A stretch of 64,000 nucleotides of DNA from Nemertoderma westbladi (lineage: Eukaryota; Animalia; Xenacoelomorpha). Made by a program: the position numbers and the translations under genes. The notes beneath the pieces are model-generated. The model searched no databases and was not told the origin of the DNA. It saw only the letters and a program-made list of their open reading frames with translations. Shown one piece after another: positions 48,201 to 61,681 of the stretch (position 1 is the first letter of the stretch; every line of letters starts with the position of its first letter). The stretch lies in contig JAUCBJ010003170.1 in assembly GCA_032718475.1 (NCBI GenBank), positions 1 to 64,000 of the forward strand. Direction: 5' to 3'.

Positions 48201-51200
48201 GCCGCCACCAGAACCCCCAAGGTTAGTGAAACAGCCACAACCAGAACCCCCGAGGTTAGTGAAACAGCCGCCACCAGAACCCCCGAGGTTAATGAAACAG
48301 CCGCCCCCAGAACCACCAAGGTTAGTGAAACAGCCGCCCCCAGAACCCCCAAGGTTAGTGAAACAGCCGCCACCAGAACCCCGAGGGTTAGTGAAACAGC
48401 TACAACCAGAACCCCCAAGGTTAGTGAAACAGCCACAACCAGAACCCCCAAGGTTAGTGAAACAACCGCCACCAGAACCCCGAGGGTTAGTGAAACAGCT
48501 ACAACCAGAACCCCCAAGGTTAGTGAAACAGCCACAACCAGAACCCACAAGGTTAGTGAAACAACCGCCACCAGAACCCCCAAGGTTAGTGAAACAGCCT
48601 CAACCAGAACCCCCGAGGTTAGTGAAACAGCCGCCACCAGAACCCCCAAGGTTAGTGAAACAGCTACAACCAGAACCCCCAAGGTTAGTGAAACAGCCAC
48701 AACCAGAACCCACAAGGTTAGTGAAACAACCGCCACCAGAACCCCCAAGGTTAGTGAAACAGCCTCAACCAGAACCCCCAAGGTTAGTTAAACAGCCACA
48801 ACCAGAACCCCGATGGTTAGTGTAACAACCGCCACCAGAACCACGAATGTTAGTGAAACAGCCACAACCAGAACCCCCAAGGTTAGTGAAACAGCCACAA
48901 CCAGAACCCCCAATGTTAGTGAAACAACCGCCACCAGAACCACCAATGTTAGTGAAGCAGCCGCCACCAGAACCCCCAAGGTTAGTGAAACAGCCGCCAC
49001 CAGAACCCCCGAGGTTAGTGAAACAGCCGCCACCAGAACCCCCAAGGTTAGTGAAACAGCCACAACCAGAACCCCCAAGGTTAGTGAAACAGCCTCAACC
49101 AGAACCCCCGAGGTTAATGAAACAGCCGCCACCAGAACCCCCAAGGTTAGTGAAACAGCCACAACCAGAACCCCCAAGGTTAGTGAAACAGCCTCAACCA
49201 GAACCCCCGAGGTTAGTGAAACAGCCGCCACCAGAACCCCCGAGGTTAGTGAAACAGCCGCCACCAGAACCCCCAAGGTTAGTGAAACAGCCGCCACCAG
49301 AACCACCAATGTTAGTGAAACAGCCATAACCAGAACCCCCAATGTTAGTGAAACAGCCGCCACCAGAACCCCCAAGGTTAGTGAAACAGCCGCCACCAGA
49401 ACCCCCGAGGTTAGTGAAACAGCCACCACCAGAACCCCCAAGGTTAGTGAAACAGCCACAACCAGAAACCCGCCGATGGTTAGTGTAACAGCTGCCACCA
49501 GAACCCCCAAGGTTGGTGAAACAGCCACAACCATAACCCCCGAGGTTAGTGAAACAACCGCCACCAGAATCCCCAAGGTTAGTGAAACAGCCGCCACCAG
49601 AACCCCCGAGGTTAATGAAACAGCCGCCCCCAGAACCCTCAATGTTAATGAAACAGCCGCCACCAGAACCACCAATGTTAGTGAAACAGCCATAACCAGA
49701 ACCCCCAATGTTAGTGAAACAGCCGCCACCAGAACCCCCAAGGTTAGTGAAACAGCCGCCACCAGAACCCCCGAGGTTAGTTAAACAGCCACCACCAGAA
49801 CCCCCAAGGTTAGTGAAACAGCCACAACCAGAAACCCGCCGATGGTTAGTGTAACAGCTACCACCAGAACCCCCAAGGTTAGTGAAACTGCCACAACCAG
49901 AAACCCGATGGTTAGTGTAACAGCAGCCGCCAGAACCTCCAAGGATAATGAAACAGCCGCCTCCAGAACCCCCAAGGTTAGTGAAACAGCCACCACCGGA
50001 ACCCCCAAGGTTAGTGAAACAGCCGCCACCAGAACCCCCGAGGTTAGTGAAACAGCCACAACCAGAACCCCTAAGGTTAGTGAAACAGCCACAACCAGAA
50101 CCCACGAGGTTAGTGAAACAGCCGCCACCAGAACCCCCGAGGTTAGTGAAACAGCCACAACCAGAACCCCTAAGGTTAGTGAAACAGCCGCCACCAGAAC
50201 CCCCAAGGTTAGTGAAACAGCCACAACCAGAACCCCCAAGGTTAGTGAAACAGCCGCCACCAGAACCCCCGAGGTTAGTGAAACAGCCACAACCAGAACC
50301 CCTAAGGTTAGTGAAACAGCCGCCACCAGAACCCCCAAGGTTAGTGAAACAGCCACAACCAAAACCCCCAAGGTTAGTGAAACAGCCACAACCAGAACCC
50401 CCAAGGTTAGTGAAACAGCCGCCACCAGAACCCCCGAGGTTAGTGAAACAGCCACAACCAGAACCCCTAAGGTTAGTGAAACAGCCGCCACCAGAACCCC
50501 CAAGGTTAGTGAAACAGCCACAACCAAAACCCCCAAGGTTAGTGAAACAGCCACAACCAGAACCCCCAAGGTTAGTGAAACAGCCGCCACCAGAACCCCC
50601 GAGGTTAGTGAAACAGCCACAACCAGAACCCCTAAGGTTAGTGAAACAGCCGCCACCAGAACCCCCAAGGTTAGTGAAACAGCCGCCCCCAGAACCCCCA
50701 AGGTTAGTGAAACAGCCGCCACCAGAACCCCCGAGGTTAGTGAAACAGCCGCCACCAGAACCCCCAAGGTTAATGAAACAGCCACAACCAGAACCCCCAA
50801 GGTTAGTGAAACAGCCGCCACCAGAACCCCCAAGGTTAGTGAAACAGCCGCCACCAGAACCCCCGAGGTTAGTGAAACAGCCACAACCAGAACCCCCAAG
50901 GTTAGTGAAACAGCCACCACCAGAACCCCCGAGGTTAATGAAACAGCCGCCACCAGAACCCCCGAGGTTAGTGATTCGCAACAAAATTGACAACAATTTG
51001 CATTGCTATGCGACTGACAGTGACAATGCATCCAGGTGGTGTGGCTGATATATGTTTAAATTGTATCAAGAAAACGGTGAAAGTAAATACAATACAATAC
51101 AACCTAATACAAAAAAATTGTTGGAGTAAAAACCCCAAAGTTCTTATTTTTACTTTTAGTTAGCAAACTGGAAAAAAAACTTGAAATTCTCAAGAAACTA

Positions 51201-54200
51201 AGATTATTAAGACTCAGGAAAATTCAGGAATCGGCTGGTTTGAAGAGCGCAAAGAAGCCGCCACCAGAACCTCCGAGGTTAGTGAAACAGGTACAACCAA
51301 AACCCCCAAGGTTAGTTAAACAGCCACAACCAGAACCCCGATGGTTAGTGTAACAACCGCCACCAGAACCACGAATGTTAGTGAAACAGCCACAACCAGA
51401 ACCCCCAAGGTTAGTGAAACAGCCACAACCAGAACCCCCAATGTTAGTGAAACAACCGCCAACAGAACCACCAATGTTAGTGAAGCAGCCGCCACCAGAA
51501 CCCCCAAGGTTAGTGAAACAGCCACAACCAGAACCCCCGAGGTTAGTGAAACAGCCGCCACCAGAACCCCCGAGGTTAATGAAACAGCCGCCCCCAGAAC
51601 CACCAAGGTTAGTGAAACAGCCGCCCCCAGAACCCCCAAGGTTAGTGAAACAGCCGCCACCAGAACCCCGAGGGTTAGTGAAACAGCTACAACCAGAACC
51701 CCCAAGGTTAGTGAAACAGCCACAACCAGAACCCCCAAGGTTAGTGAAACAACCGCCACCAGAACCCCGAGGGTTAGTGAAACAGCTACAACCAGAACCC
51801 CCAAGGTTAGTGAAACAGCCACAACCAGAACCCACAAGGTTAGTGAAACAACCGCCACCAGAACCCCCAAGGTTAGTGAAACAGCCTCAACCAGAATCCC
51901 CGAGGTTAGTGAAACAGCCGCCACCAGAACCCCCAAGGTTAGTGAAACAGCTACAACCAGAACCCCCAAGGTTAGTGAAACAGCCACAACCAGAACCCAC
52001 AAGGTTAGTGAAACAACCGCCACCAGAACCCCCAAGGTTAGTGAAACAGCCTCAACCAGAACCCCCAAGGTTAGTTAAACAGCCACAACCAGAACCCCGA
52101 TGGTTAGTGTAACAACCGCCACCAGAACCACGAATGTTAGTGAAACAGCCACAACCAGAACCCCCAAGGTTAGTGAAACAGCCACAACCAGAACCCCCAA
52201 TGTTAGTGAAACAACCGCCACCAGAACCACCAATGTTAGTGAAGCAGCCGCCACCAGAACCCCCAAGGTTAGTGAAACAGCCGCCACCAGAACCCCCGAG
52301 GTTAGTGAAACAGCCGCCACCAGAACCCCCAAGGTTAGTGAAACAGCCACAACCAGAACCCCCAAGGTTAGTGAAACAGCCTCAACCAGAACCCCCGAGG
52401 TTAATGAAACAGCCGCCACCAGAACCCCCAAGGTTAGTGAAACAGCCACAACCAGAACCCCCAAGGTTAGTGAAACAGCCTCAACCAGAACCCCCGAGGT
52501 TAGTGAAACAGCCGCCACCAGAACCCCCGAGGTTAGTGAAACAGCCGCCACCAGAACCCCCAAGGTTAGTGAAACAGCCGCCACCAGAACCACCAATGTT
52601 AGTGAAACAGCCATAACCAGAACCCCCAATGTTAGTGAAACAGCCGCCACCAGAACCCCCAAGGTTAGTGAAACAGCCGCCACCAGAACCCCCGAGGTTA
52701 GTGAAACAGCCACCACCAGAACCCCCAAGGTTAGTGAAACAGCCACAACCAGAAACCCGCCGATGGTTAGTGTAACAGCTGCCACCAGAACCCCCAAGGT
52801 TGGTGAAACAGCCACAACCATAACCCCCGAGGTTAGTGAAACAACCGCCACCAGAATCCCCAAGGTTAGTGAAACAGCCGCCACCAGAACCCCCGAGGTT
52901 AATGAAACAGCCGCCCCCAGAACCCTCAATGTTAATGAAACAGCCGCCACCAGAACCACCAATGTTAGTGAAACAGCCATAACCAGAACCCCCAATGTTA
53001 GTGAAACAGCCGCCACCAGAACCCCCAAGGTTAGTGAAACAGCCGCCACCAGAACCCCCGAGGTTAGTGAAACAGCCACCACCAGAACCCCCAAGGTTAG
53101 TGAAACAGCCACAACCAGAAACCCGCCGATGGTTAGTGTAACAGCTACCACCAGAACCCCCAAGGTTAGTGAAACTGCCACAACCAGAAACCCGATGGTT
53201 AGTGTAACAGCAGCCGCCAGAACCTCCAAGGATAATGAAACAGCCGCCTCCAGAACCCCCAAGGTTAGTGAAACAGCCACCACCAGAACCCCCAAGGTTA
53301 GTGAAACAGCCGCCACCAGAACCCCCGAGGTTAGTGAAACAGCCACAACCAGAACCCCTAAGGTTAGTGAAACAGCCACAACCAGAACCCACGAGGTTAG
53401 TGAAACAGCCGCCACCAGAACCCCCGAGGTTAGTGAAACAGCCACAACCAGAACCCCTAAGGTTAGTGAAACAGCCGCCACCAGAACCCCCAAGGTTAGT
53501 GAAACAGCCACAACCAGAACCCCCAAGGTTAGTGAAACAGCCGCCACCAGAACCCCCGAGGTTAGTGAAACAGCCACAACCAGAACCCCTAAGGTTAGTG
53601 AAACAGCCGCCACCAGAACCCCCAAGGTTAGTGAAACAGCCACAACCAAAACCCCCAAGGTTAGTGAAACAGCCACAACCAGAACCCCCAAGGTTAGTGA
53701 AACAGCCGCCACCAGAACCCCCGAGGTTAGTGAAACAGCCACAACCAGAACCCCTAAGGTTAGTGAAACAGCCGCCACCAGAACCCCCAAGGTTAGTGAA
53801 ACAGCCGCCCCCAGAACCCCCAAGGTTAGTGAAACAGCCGCCACCAGAACCCCCGAGGTTAGTGAAACAGCCGCCACCAGAACCCCCAAGGTTAATGAAA
53901 CAGCCACAACCAGAACCCCCAAGGTTAGTGAAACAGCCGCCACCAGAACCCCCAAGGTTAGTGAAACAGCCGCCACCAGAACCCCCGAGGTTAGTGAAAC
54001 AGCCACAACCAGAACCCCCAAGGTTAGTGAAACAGCCACCACCAGAACCCCCGAGGTTAATGAAACAGCCGCCACCAGAACCCCCGAGGTTAGTGAAACA
54101 GCCGCCACCAGAACCCCCGAGGTTAGTGAAACAGCCGCCCCCAGAACCCCCAAGGTTAGTGAAACAGCTACAACCAGAAACCCGATGGTTAGTGTAACAG

Positions 54201-57200
54201 CCGCCACCAGAACCCACGAGGTTAGTGAAACAGCCGCCCCCAGAACCCCCAAGGTTAGTGAAACAGCCACAACCAGAACCCCCAAGGTTAGTGAAACAGC
54301 CACAACCAGAACCCCTAAGGTTAGTGAAACATCCGCCACCGGAACCCCCGAGGTTAGTGAAACAGCCGCCACCAGAACCCCCGAGGTTAGTGAAACAGCC
54401 GCCCCCAGAACCCCCAAGGTTAGTGAAACAGCTACAACCAGAAACCCGATGGTTAGTGTAACAGCCGCCACCAGAACCCACGAGGTTAGTGAAACAGCCG
54501 CCCCCAGAACCCCCAAGGTTAGTGAAACAGCCACAACCAGAACCCACGAGGTTAGTGAAACAACCGCCCCCAGAACCCCTAAGGTTAGTGAAACAGCCGC
54601 CACCAGAACCCCCAAGGTTAGTGAAACAGCCACAACCAGAACCCCCAAGGTTAGTGAAACAGCCGCCCCCAGAACCCCCAAGGTTAATGAAACAGCCGCA
54701 ACCAGAACCCCCAAGGTTAGTGAAACAGCCACAACCAGAAACCCGATGGTTAGTGTAACAGCCGCCACCAGAACTCCCAAGGTTAATGAAACAGCCGCCG
54801 CCAGAACCCCCAAGGTTAGTGAAACAGCCGCCACCAGAACCCCCAAGGTTAGTGAAACAACCGCCACCAGAACCCCCGCGGTTACTACAGCCACAACCAG
54901 AACCCCCAAGGTTAGTGAAACAGCCGCCCCCAGAACGCCCAAGGTTAGTGAAACTGCCACAACCAGAAACCCGATGGTTAGTGTAACAGCCGCCACCAGA
55001 ACTCCCAAGGTTAGTGAAACAGCTACAACCAGAACCCCCGAGGTTAGTGAAACAGCCGCCCCCAGAACCCCCAAGGTTAGTGAAACAGCCGCCCCCAGAA
55101 CCCCCAAGGTTAGTGTAACAGCCGCCACCAGAACCCCCGAGGTTAGTGAAACAGCCGCCACCAGAACCCCCGAGGTTAGTGAAAAAGCCGCCCCCAGAAC
55201 CCCCAAGGTTAGTGAAACAGCCGCCACCAGAACCCCCAAGGTTAGTGAAACAGCCGCCACCAGAACCCCCAATGTTAGTGAAACAGCCGCCCCCAGAACC
55301 CCCAAGGTTAGTGAAACAGCCACAACCAGAACCCCCAAGGTTAGTGAAACAGCCGCCACCACAACCACCAATGTTAGTGAAACAGCCGCCCCCAGAACCC
55401 CCAAGGTTAGTGAAACAGCCACAACCAGAACCCCCAAGGTTAGTGAAACAGCCACAACCAGAACCCCCAAGGTTAGTGAAACAGCCGCCACCAGAACCCC
55501 CAAGGTTAGTGAAACAGCCGCCCTCAGAACGCCCAAGGTTAGTGAAACTGCCACAACCAGAAACCCGATGGTTAGTGTAACAGCCGCCACCAGAACCCCC
55601 GAGGTTAGTGAAACAGCCGCCACCAGAACCCCCGAGGTTAGTGAAACAGCCGCCCCCAGAACCCCCAAGGGTAGTGAAACAGCCGCCCCCAGAACCCCCA
55701 AGGTTAGTGAAACAGCCACAACCAGAACCCCCAAGGTGAGTGAAACAGCCACAACCAGAACCCCCAAGGTTAGTGAAACAGCCGCCCCCAGAACGCCCAA
55801 GGTTAGTGAAACTGCCACAACCAGAAACCCGATGGTTAGTGTAACAGCCGCCACCAGAACCCCCGAGGTTAGTGAAACAGCCGCCACCAGAACCCCTAAG
55901 GTTAGTGTAACAGCCGCCACCAGAACCCCCGAGGTTAGTGAAACAGCCGCCACCAGAACCCCCGAGGTTAGTGAAACAGCCGCCACCAGAACCCCCAAGG
56001 TTAGTGAAACAGCCGCCACCAGAACCCCCGAGGTTAGTGAAACAGCCGCCCCCAGAACCCCCAAGGTTAGTGAAACAGCCGCCCCCAGAACCCCCAAGGT
56101 TAGTGAAACAGCCACAACCAGAACCCCCAAGGTTAGTGAAACAGCCACAACCAGAACCCCCAAGGTTAGTGAAACAGCCACAACCAGAACCCCCAAGGTT
56201 AGTGAAACAGCCGCCCCCAGAACGCCCAAGGTTAGTGAAACTGCCACAACCAGAAACCCGATGGTTAGTGTAACAGCCGCCACCAGAACCCCCGAGGTTA
56301 GTGAAACAGCCGCCACCAGAACCCCCGAGGTTAGTGAAACAGCCGCCCCCAGAACCCCCAAGGTTAGTGAAACAGCCGCCCCCAGAACCCCCAAGGTTAG
56401 TGAAACAGCCACAACCAGAACCACCAAGGTTAGTGAAACAGCCACAACCAGAACCCCCAAGGTTAGTGAAACAGCCACAACCAGAACCCCCAAGGTTAGT
56501 GAAACAGCCGCCACCAGAACCCCCAAGGTTAGTGAAACAGCCACAACCAGAACCCCCAAGGTTAGTGAAACAGCCACAACCAGAACCACCAAGGTTAGTG
56601 AAACAGCCACAACCAGAACCCCCAAGGTTAGTGAAACAGCCACAACCAGAACCCCCAAGGTTAGTGAAACAGCCACAACCAGAACCCCCAAGGTTAGTGA
56701 AACAGCCGCCACCAGAACCCCCAAGGTTAGTGAAACAGCCGCCACCAGAACCCCCAAGGTTAGTGAAACAGCCGCCACCAGAACCCCCAAGGTTAGTGAA
56801 ACAGCCACAACCAGAACCCCCAAGGTTAGTGAAACAGCCGCCCCCAGAACCCCCGAGGTTAATGAAACAGCCGCCACCAGAACCCCCAAGGTTAGTGAAA
56901 CAGCCACAACCAGAACCCCCAAGGTTAGTGAAACAGCCGCCACCAGAACCCCCAAGGTTAGTGAAACAGCCGCCACCAGAACCCCCGAGGTTAATGAAAC
57001 AGCCGCCACCAGAACCCCCAAGGTTAGTGAAACAGCCGCCACCAGAACCCCCAAGGTTAGTGAAACAGCCGCCACCAGAACCCCCAAGGTTAATGAAACA
57101 GCCACAACCAGAACCCCCAAGGTTAGTGAAACAGCCGCCACCAGAACCCCCAAGGTTAGTGAAACAGCCGCCACCAGAACCCCCGAGGTTAATGAAACAG

Positions 57201-58001
57201 CCGCCACCAGAACCCCCAAGGTTAGTGAAACAGCCGCCGCCAGAACCCCCAAGGTTAGTGAAACAGCCGCCACCAGAACCCCCAAGGTTAGTGAAACAGC
57301 CACAACCAGAACCCCCAAGGTTAGTGAAACAGCCGCCACCAGAACCCCCGAGGTTAATGAAACAGCCGCCACCAGAACCCCCAAGGTTAGTGAAACAGCC
57401 GCCACCAGAACCCCCAAGGTTAGTGAAACAGCCACAACCAGAACCCCCAAGGTTAGTGAAACAGCCGCCACCAGAACCCCCAAGGTTAGTGAAACAGCCG
57501 CCACCAGAACCCCCAAGGTTAATGAAACAGCCACAACCAGAACCCCTGAGGTTAGAAAACTATAGCCACCACTATACCCTCGAAAGATTCGCAGGTCAAT
57601 AAATAAACATATTATTATATTTGGTTTGATTATCTTATTTTACATTTTTGTTTCCTTGAATCTCCGAGAATACAATCTCGGCCCGAGACTCAATATCTCA
57701 CCACTATATTAACATTACTACTTGTTTTCCTCTCTAAAGGTTGGCAGCGTCTAAAAGGTCTTCCCGTTTTGAACTACCTATGGATATCACAGATTTGGAG
57801 AAATTCACAGCGATGGATTATCTCAGTAGATATTGCTGGATAGACAGAAGAAGAAGGGAACTATACAACACCACGTATAAACAACAATGTCGGAAATCAA
57901 AAGATGGCCAAGTGAAACTCAAAGATATAACCAACGCAATGAAAAATTTGTACTGCTTTCTAAGAGATGAACAAATCTCTCGCATATTATATCTTACAGG
58001 G
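42266..58001 (+). CDS. Large uncharacterised protein (at least 943 aa in window) with probable C-terminal EF-hand-like region; 3' end not found in window
   Basis: Exons 42266-42352, 44745-46976, 47196-47325, 47873-47990 (or its duplicate 51160-51277) and 57740-58001 are GT-AG and phase-compatible (0,0,1,2,0). The junction reads KKPPPEPPR|LAASKRSSRFELPMD. The 744-codon exon has a six-copy RGSGGEYx repeat. The EF-hand assignment (KSKDGQVKLKDI) is tentative. Confidence 0.7.
42518..42595. repeat. 17-bp tandem repeat (CAATCTTCGCCCGCGTC), about 4.5 copies
   Basis: Directly visible, intronic. Confidence 0.9.
44188..44605. repeat. 37-bp minisatellite, about 11 copies
   Basis: Unit AGTAGGCCTACCCTTTACTCCCTAGAGGGAGGACACA in head-to-tail copies with no unique spacers. 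Confidence 0.95.
47470..47606 (+). mobile_element. Diverged 5' half of the tRNA-derived SINE
   Basis: TAGTGGTTGCATTAAATTCA...GTTCGATCC...GCCAGGGTAGTTTTCGTTTCAGCACGAA...GCCAGGGCGCAT aligns with the reverse complement of 34415-34550. Confidence 0.75.
47971..57555 (+). repeat. 33-bp minisatellite array (about 280 units in two blocks, 47971-50974 and 51258-57555) derived from an exon/intron junction
   Basis: Unit CCGCCACCAGAACCCCC(A/G)AG-GTTAGTGAAACAG; the first unit is the true end of exon 47873-47990. Unit count estimated from block length divided by 33. Confidence 0.95.
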
Positions 58002-60639
58002 GTGAGTTGAATCAAATCATTTTGTAAATTCTTATTTAAATTAGATTAAATTGGTAAATATTTTATACCAACACCGCTCCCAATAGTTGGTGATTGCTGG
58101 AGCAACTTGTACTATTAAATTAAATTATGTGGAAAGTCTTCGTTAACTTTAGTATAAATATATAAATTATAATGTGCGACAGACATTGAACAATTAATTT
58201 ACCAACAGTTATCTGTATTCCTTGCTACTGACTCTTTCCAATTCTTTTTCCTGTATTCTATTCTGACAATTTTCGTATAATTTTTATGAATAAATAAACC
58301 GCAAAATTAATTATTTTTTACTTTGAGAAAGAGTATAACCCTTTTCACTATTCTTTAAAGACCCGAAGAAAGATTCTGATTTGGTGTACACCTTGTAGAC
58401 ACTAAAGTCGTAATAACTTTTGAGCGAGTGCAGTAAATGGATTTTGCTCAAATTACATGCCGTTTCTATAAATAAAATATTTTCACAGTTTCTTGTTTTC
58501 ATTATTTAGCTTTTTCTCCGTAAAAAACAGTAAAATCATTTCTATTTTTGAATTTTAAGCTAGATTGATTGCCTGCTATACGAGGTAATCCTGAATAGGG
58601 TTGTTGCGCGAAGAAATTGTTGGGCTAGAAACAATAAGGGGGAACAAGGTGTATCTCTAATGGCCAAGCAATTTGGTTACCCTTTTTTAAAAATTATTTA
58701 CGAATCATTGATTCGAACATCGACATAATTACTGCATGGTTTATATCACGTATATAGTTGTTTGTTACTACAGTAGTCTTGTAATATTAATATTTTATTT
58801 ATTTGTATGGAATTAATTTCGTACTATCAAATCGCCAGGGTGACATATTTTCCAACTTTATATCGCAGTGCGACATTATTTCTCGGTATGTCCCTACACC
58901 ATACATTTTACTATTTATTTCCATTATATCCAGTATGTCACCGCGCCATTATTAGATTGTTCTGGAAAGTTTGAGTGCATAATTACAAATAATTCCACAC
59001 AACTAAATAATAACTATTTACATCATTGTGTGCAAAGTATCACTTTGCAGCGTTATGACCCGAATTTATTTTTGTACCGAGCGAGCGCAGCGAGGGAGAT
59101 TTACATAAATAAAAAAGGGTCTTTAACGCTGAAAAGTGACCTTGACAAGCAATGATGTATGTAATTTTGTTACATTATGTTAACTTATCAGCGTTCGGTT
59201 TGTGAATAAAGGATTTTATGGATACTCATTTATACATTTTAATCGAGTACTATATCGAATTTAAGTGAAATTTAAACAGGTACATAGTATTAATTATACA
59301 TTTAAATCTAATTAAAGTGTATTGGAACTGCATGGATGTGATAAATCATTAATCCATCTTGACTATAGTCGACTGAATCAAACTGAGTCATCGTCTGAGT
59401 CAGTTCAGTTTTACTGAACACTGTCGCCATTTTCTTTGGTCATTTTAGTGTATTCTATTGGATGTTTCGCCATTATGGATTACAGTACAGGTTAAACAAT
59501 TATTTACATACAGTAGCTAGTCCCGTCACTGCAAACTGGATTATAAAGCAGCACTCATTAACATAATCATTAACATAAATGGAAATAATACATTCTGGAA
59601 TACGGTAATTTAAGTTGTTTCCATATCATTGATTACTTTGCAGCGTTCCATGCTATAGGCCGCAACGCCGCTAAGTAGTACTTTGCAGCGTTAGGAGGAA
59701 TTCACCAGAATGCTGTTAAGTTGACATAATGTAACAAAATTGATTCGCCATTGTCCATAATTGGCACATTAAAGCTTTTACGGCCCTCGTTCTATTATGT
59801 CCATCCCTCTGTCGCTCGGGAAACAAAATCACTCGTGCCGTAACGCTGTAAAGTGCTAATTTATGAATAAACAATGACGTATATAGTTAGTATGTAATCT
59901 ATTACAAATTTATTATATTATATTATATATAATATTATAAATTATTCTTTCGATTGATTTCTTTTTCGTGTAGATAATACAAAACCTATCATATTATAAA
60001 ACAAACGTTTATCATTTTTCGTGTAGATAATACAAAACCTATCATATTATAAAACAAACGTTTATCAATCAACTTTAATTTAATTTTGTGATAAAAAATG
60101 TGTAACAACAATTTTCATACACGAAGTTGTTACTACTACATTAGTCTTGTAATAGTAAATCTACTGTAATATTTCTTAATTCAGTATAATATTACAAATG
60201 TACTTTGTTATTTTTCTTTCATGTTATGTCTCCCCATCCTCATATGATGTTGTTCAAAGGTTTATGATAACCAGAAGTTCACCTGTAAATAAAGAAATAA
60301 TAAAATAGAGAGAAATACCTTCAATTATAAAGTTGTGACGAAGTGCAGTGTATCTAAGTGTCCGGCACCCATGTACAGTACCAGGAGTCATTTAACCATC
60401 ATACAGTAGATGAACTGAGATATCCTTACATCTCCCTTTCACCAATCATCTCCCAATAAAAATTTATTTGTAAATTACTTCCGAGTCGAAATAAGATAAA
60501 TTCGCTACTCAGTTCACAACCTCAAATAATGTCAAAAAATACATTCTTCTTACAAATGGTGGGATGGACATGGACATGGTAATAGCTTCATCGTGGGAGG
60601 TATTTACTTTTCTAATAAATCTTCTATTCCCCTACAATC

Positions 60640-61675
60640 TTGCTCCATCTGAGAAGCTGACCCTATAGCGCCGTTGTTTAGCGAATACGTAAGGCATTCA
60701 AAACTTTAACCTTTCGAGACCATTGTTTAGATATAGTGTCTTGTATTCTTATATTATCACCCATTTTTAAATCAGGAAGTTCACATGTATGGTTTTATTG
60801 TAATCTTTCTGTCTTAGCGCATATTTTTCCAGATTCTCGCGAGCTTTACTTGGGAAGTTTGTTTGTGGATGAATTGGGATTAAAGTTCGAAGACGATGTC
60901 CAAAGATCATTTCTGCTGGGCTTATTCCGCTGTTATTTTGAGAATTTCGCAGTTCCATGAGAGCCGTTTGGAATTGGATTCAGTCCACTTTATCATCATT
61001 CATCTTATCCAACAGGCCTTTTCACCATTGACTCGGCATGTCCATTACTGCGGGGATTGTAAGGAGATGATCGACGCCATTCTACACCAAATTTTTCCAG
61101 AAATTGTTCAAATTCGATAGATGAGTATTGGTAGCCTCCTTCGGATCACCAGGTTTTTGGAATACCAGTAATGGCGAACCATTCCATTAACTGTTTTTTA
61201 AATTTTAAAATAATTTGGATCCGCATCCCAACCAACAACAAACGGGTAACCTGTCAGCCGACAAGCATACACAATAAACTTCTTTCCATTCTGATCAAAG
61301 AGATCGGTCGTTGCAACTTCAAACGGATCTTGGGGTAATTTATCCTGGATAATACAGTAGGCTCTTTTCGTAATGAGGGGGAGACTTTCAGCACACACAT
61401 TGCATGATCGCACACGCTGTCGTATGTAATTCGTTATTGATGCCCAAAATATACTCTCACGAGCTCTTGCTATAGTCTTTGATTCACCCAGGTGCGCTGC
61501 ATGTAATTGATCAAGAACTTTCTTGTGTAGAGTCCGAGGTATTACAATACGCTTACCATATAATGCAATATCATCATCAAGAATTAATTCATTTTGTATT
61601 CCAATGAATGAACGAACAAATAGATTCGCCTCGTTGCCTCTAAATTCATCATATTTTTTTCAATATTATCTCGAT
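60640..61675 (-). mobile_element. Decayed Ty3/Gypsy LTR-retrotransposon pol fragment (integrase)
   Basis: Minus strand encodes YGKRIVIP...LHAAHLGESKTIARARESIFW...VRSCNVC (HHCC zinc finger), PFEVATTDLF (rve core) and LRNSQNNSGISPAEMIFGHRLRT; frameshifted. Confidence 0.88.
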
Positions 61676-61681
61676 ATATTC

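Noticed and set aside
47991-57555. Reading each unit as a 13-nt GT...AG intron plus a 20-nt microexon
   Set aside because: 13 nt is shorter than known spliceosomal introns, other introns in the window are hundreds of bases or more, and 20-nt exons shift the frame.
52100-57565. 1821-aa mucin-like ORF (TRTPKVSETAA)n and the antisense 1819-aa hydrophobic and GGSGCGCFTNL ORFs
   Set aside because: Several frames on both strands are open simply because the 33-bp unit lacks stops. The mucin frame is not the frame of the flanking exons and has no signal peptide or unique sequence. Not called as CDS, though proteomics could overturn this.
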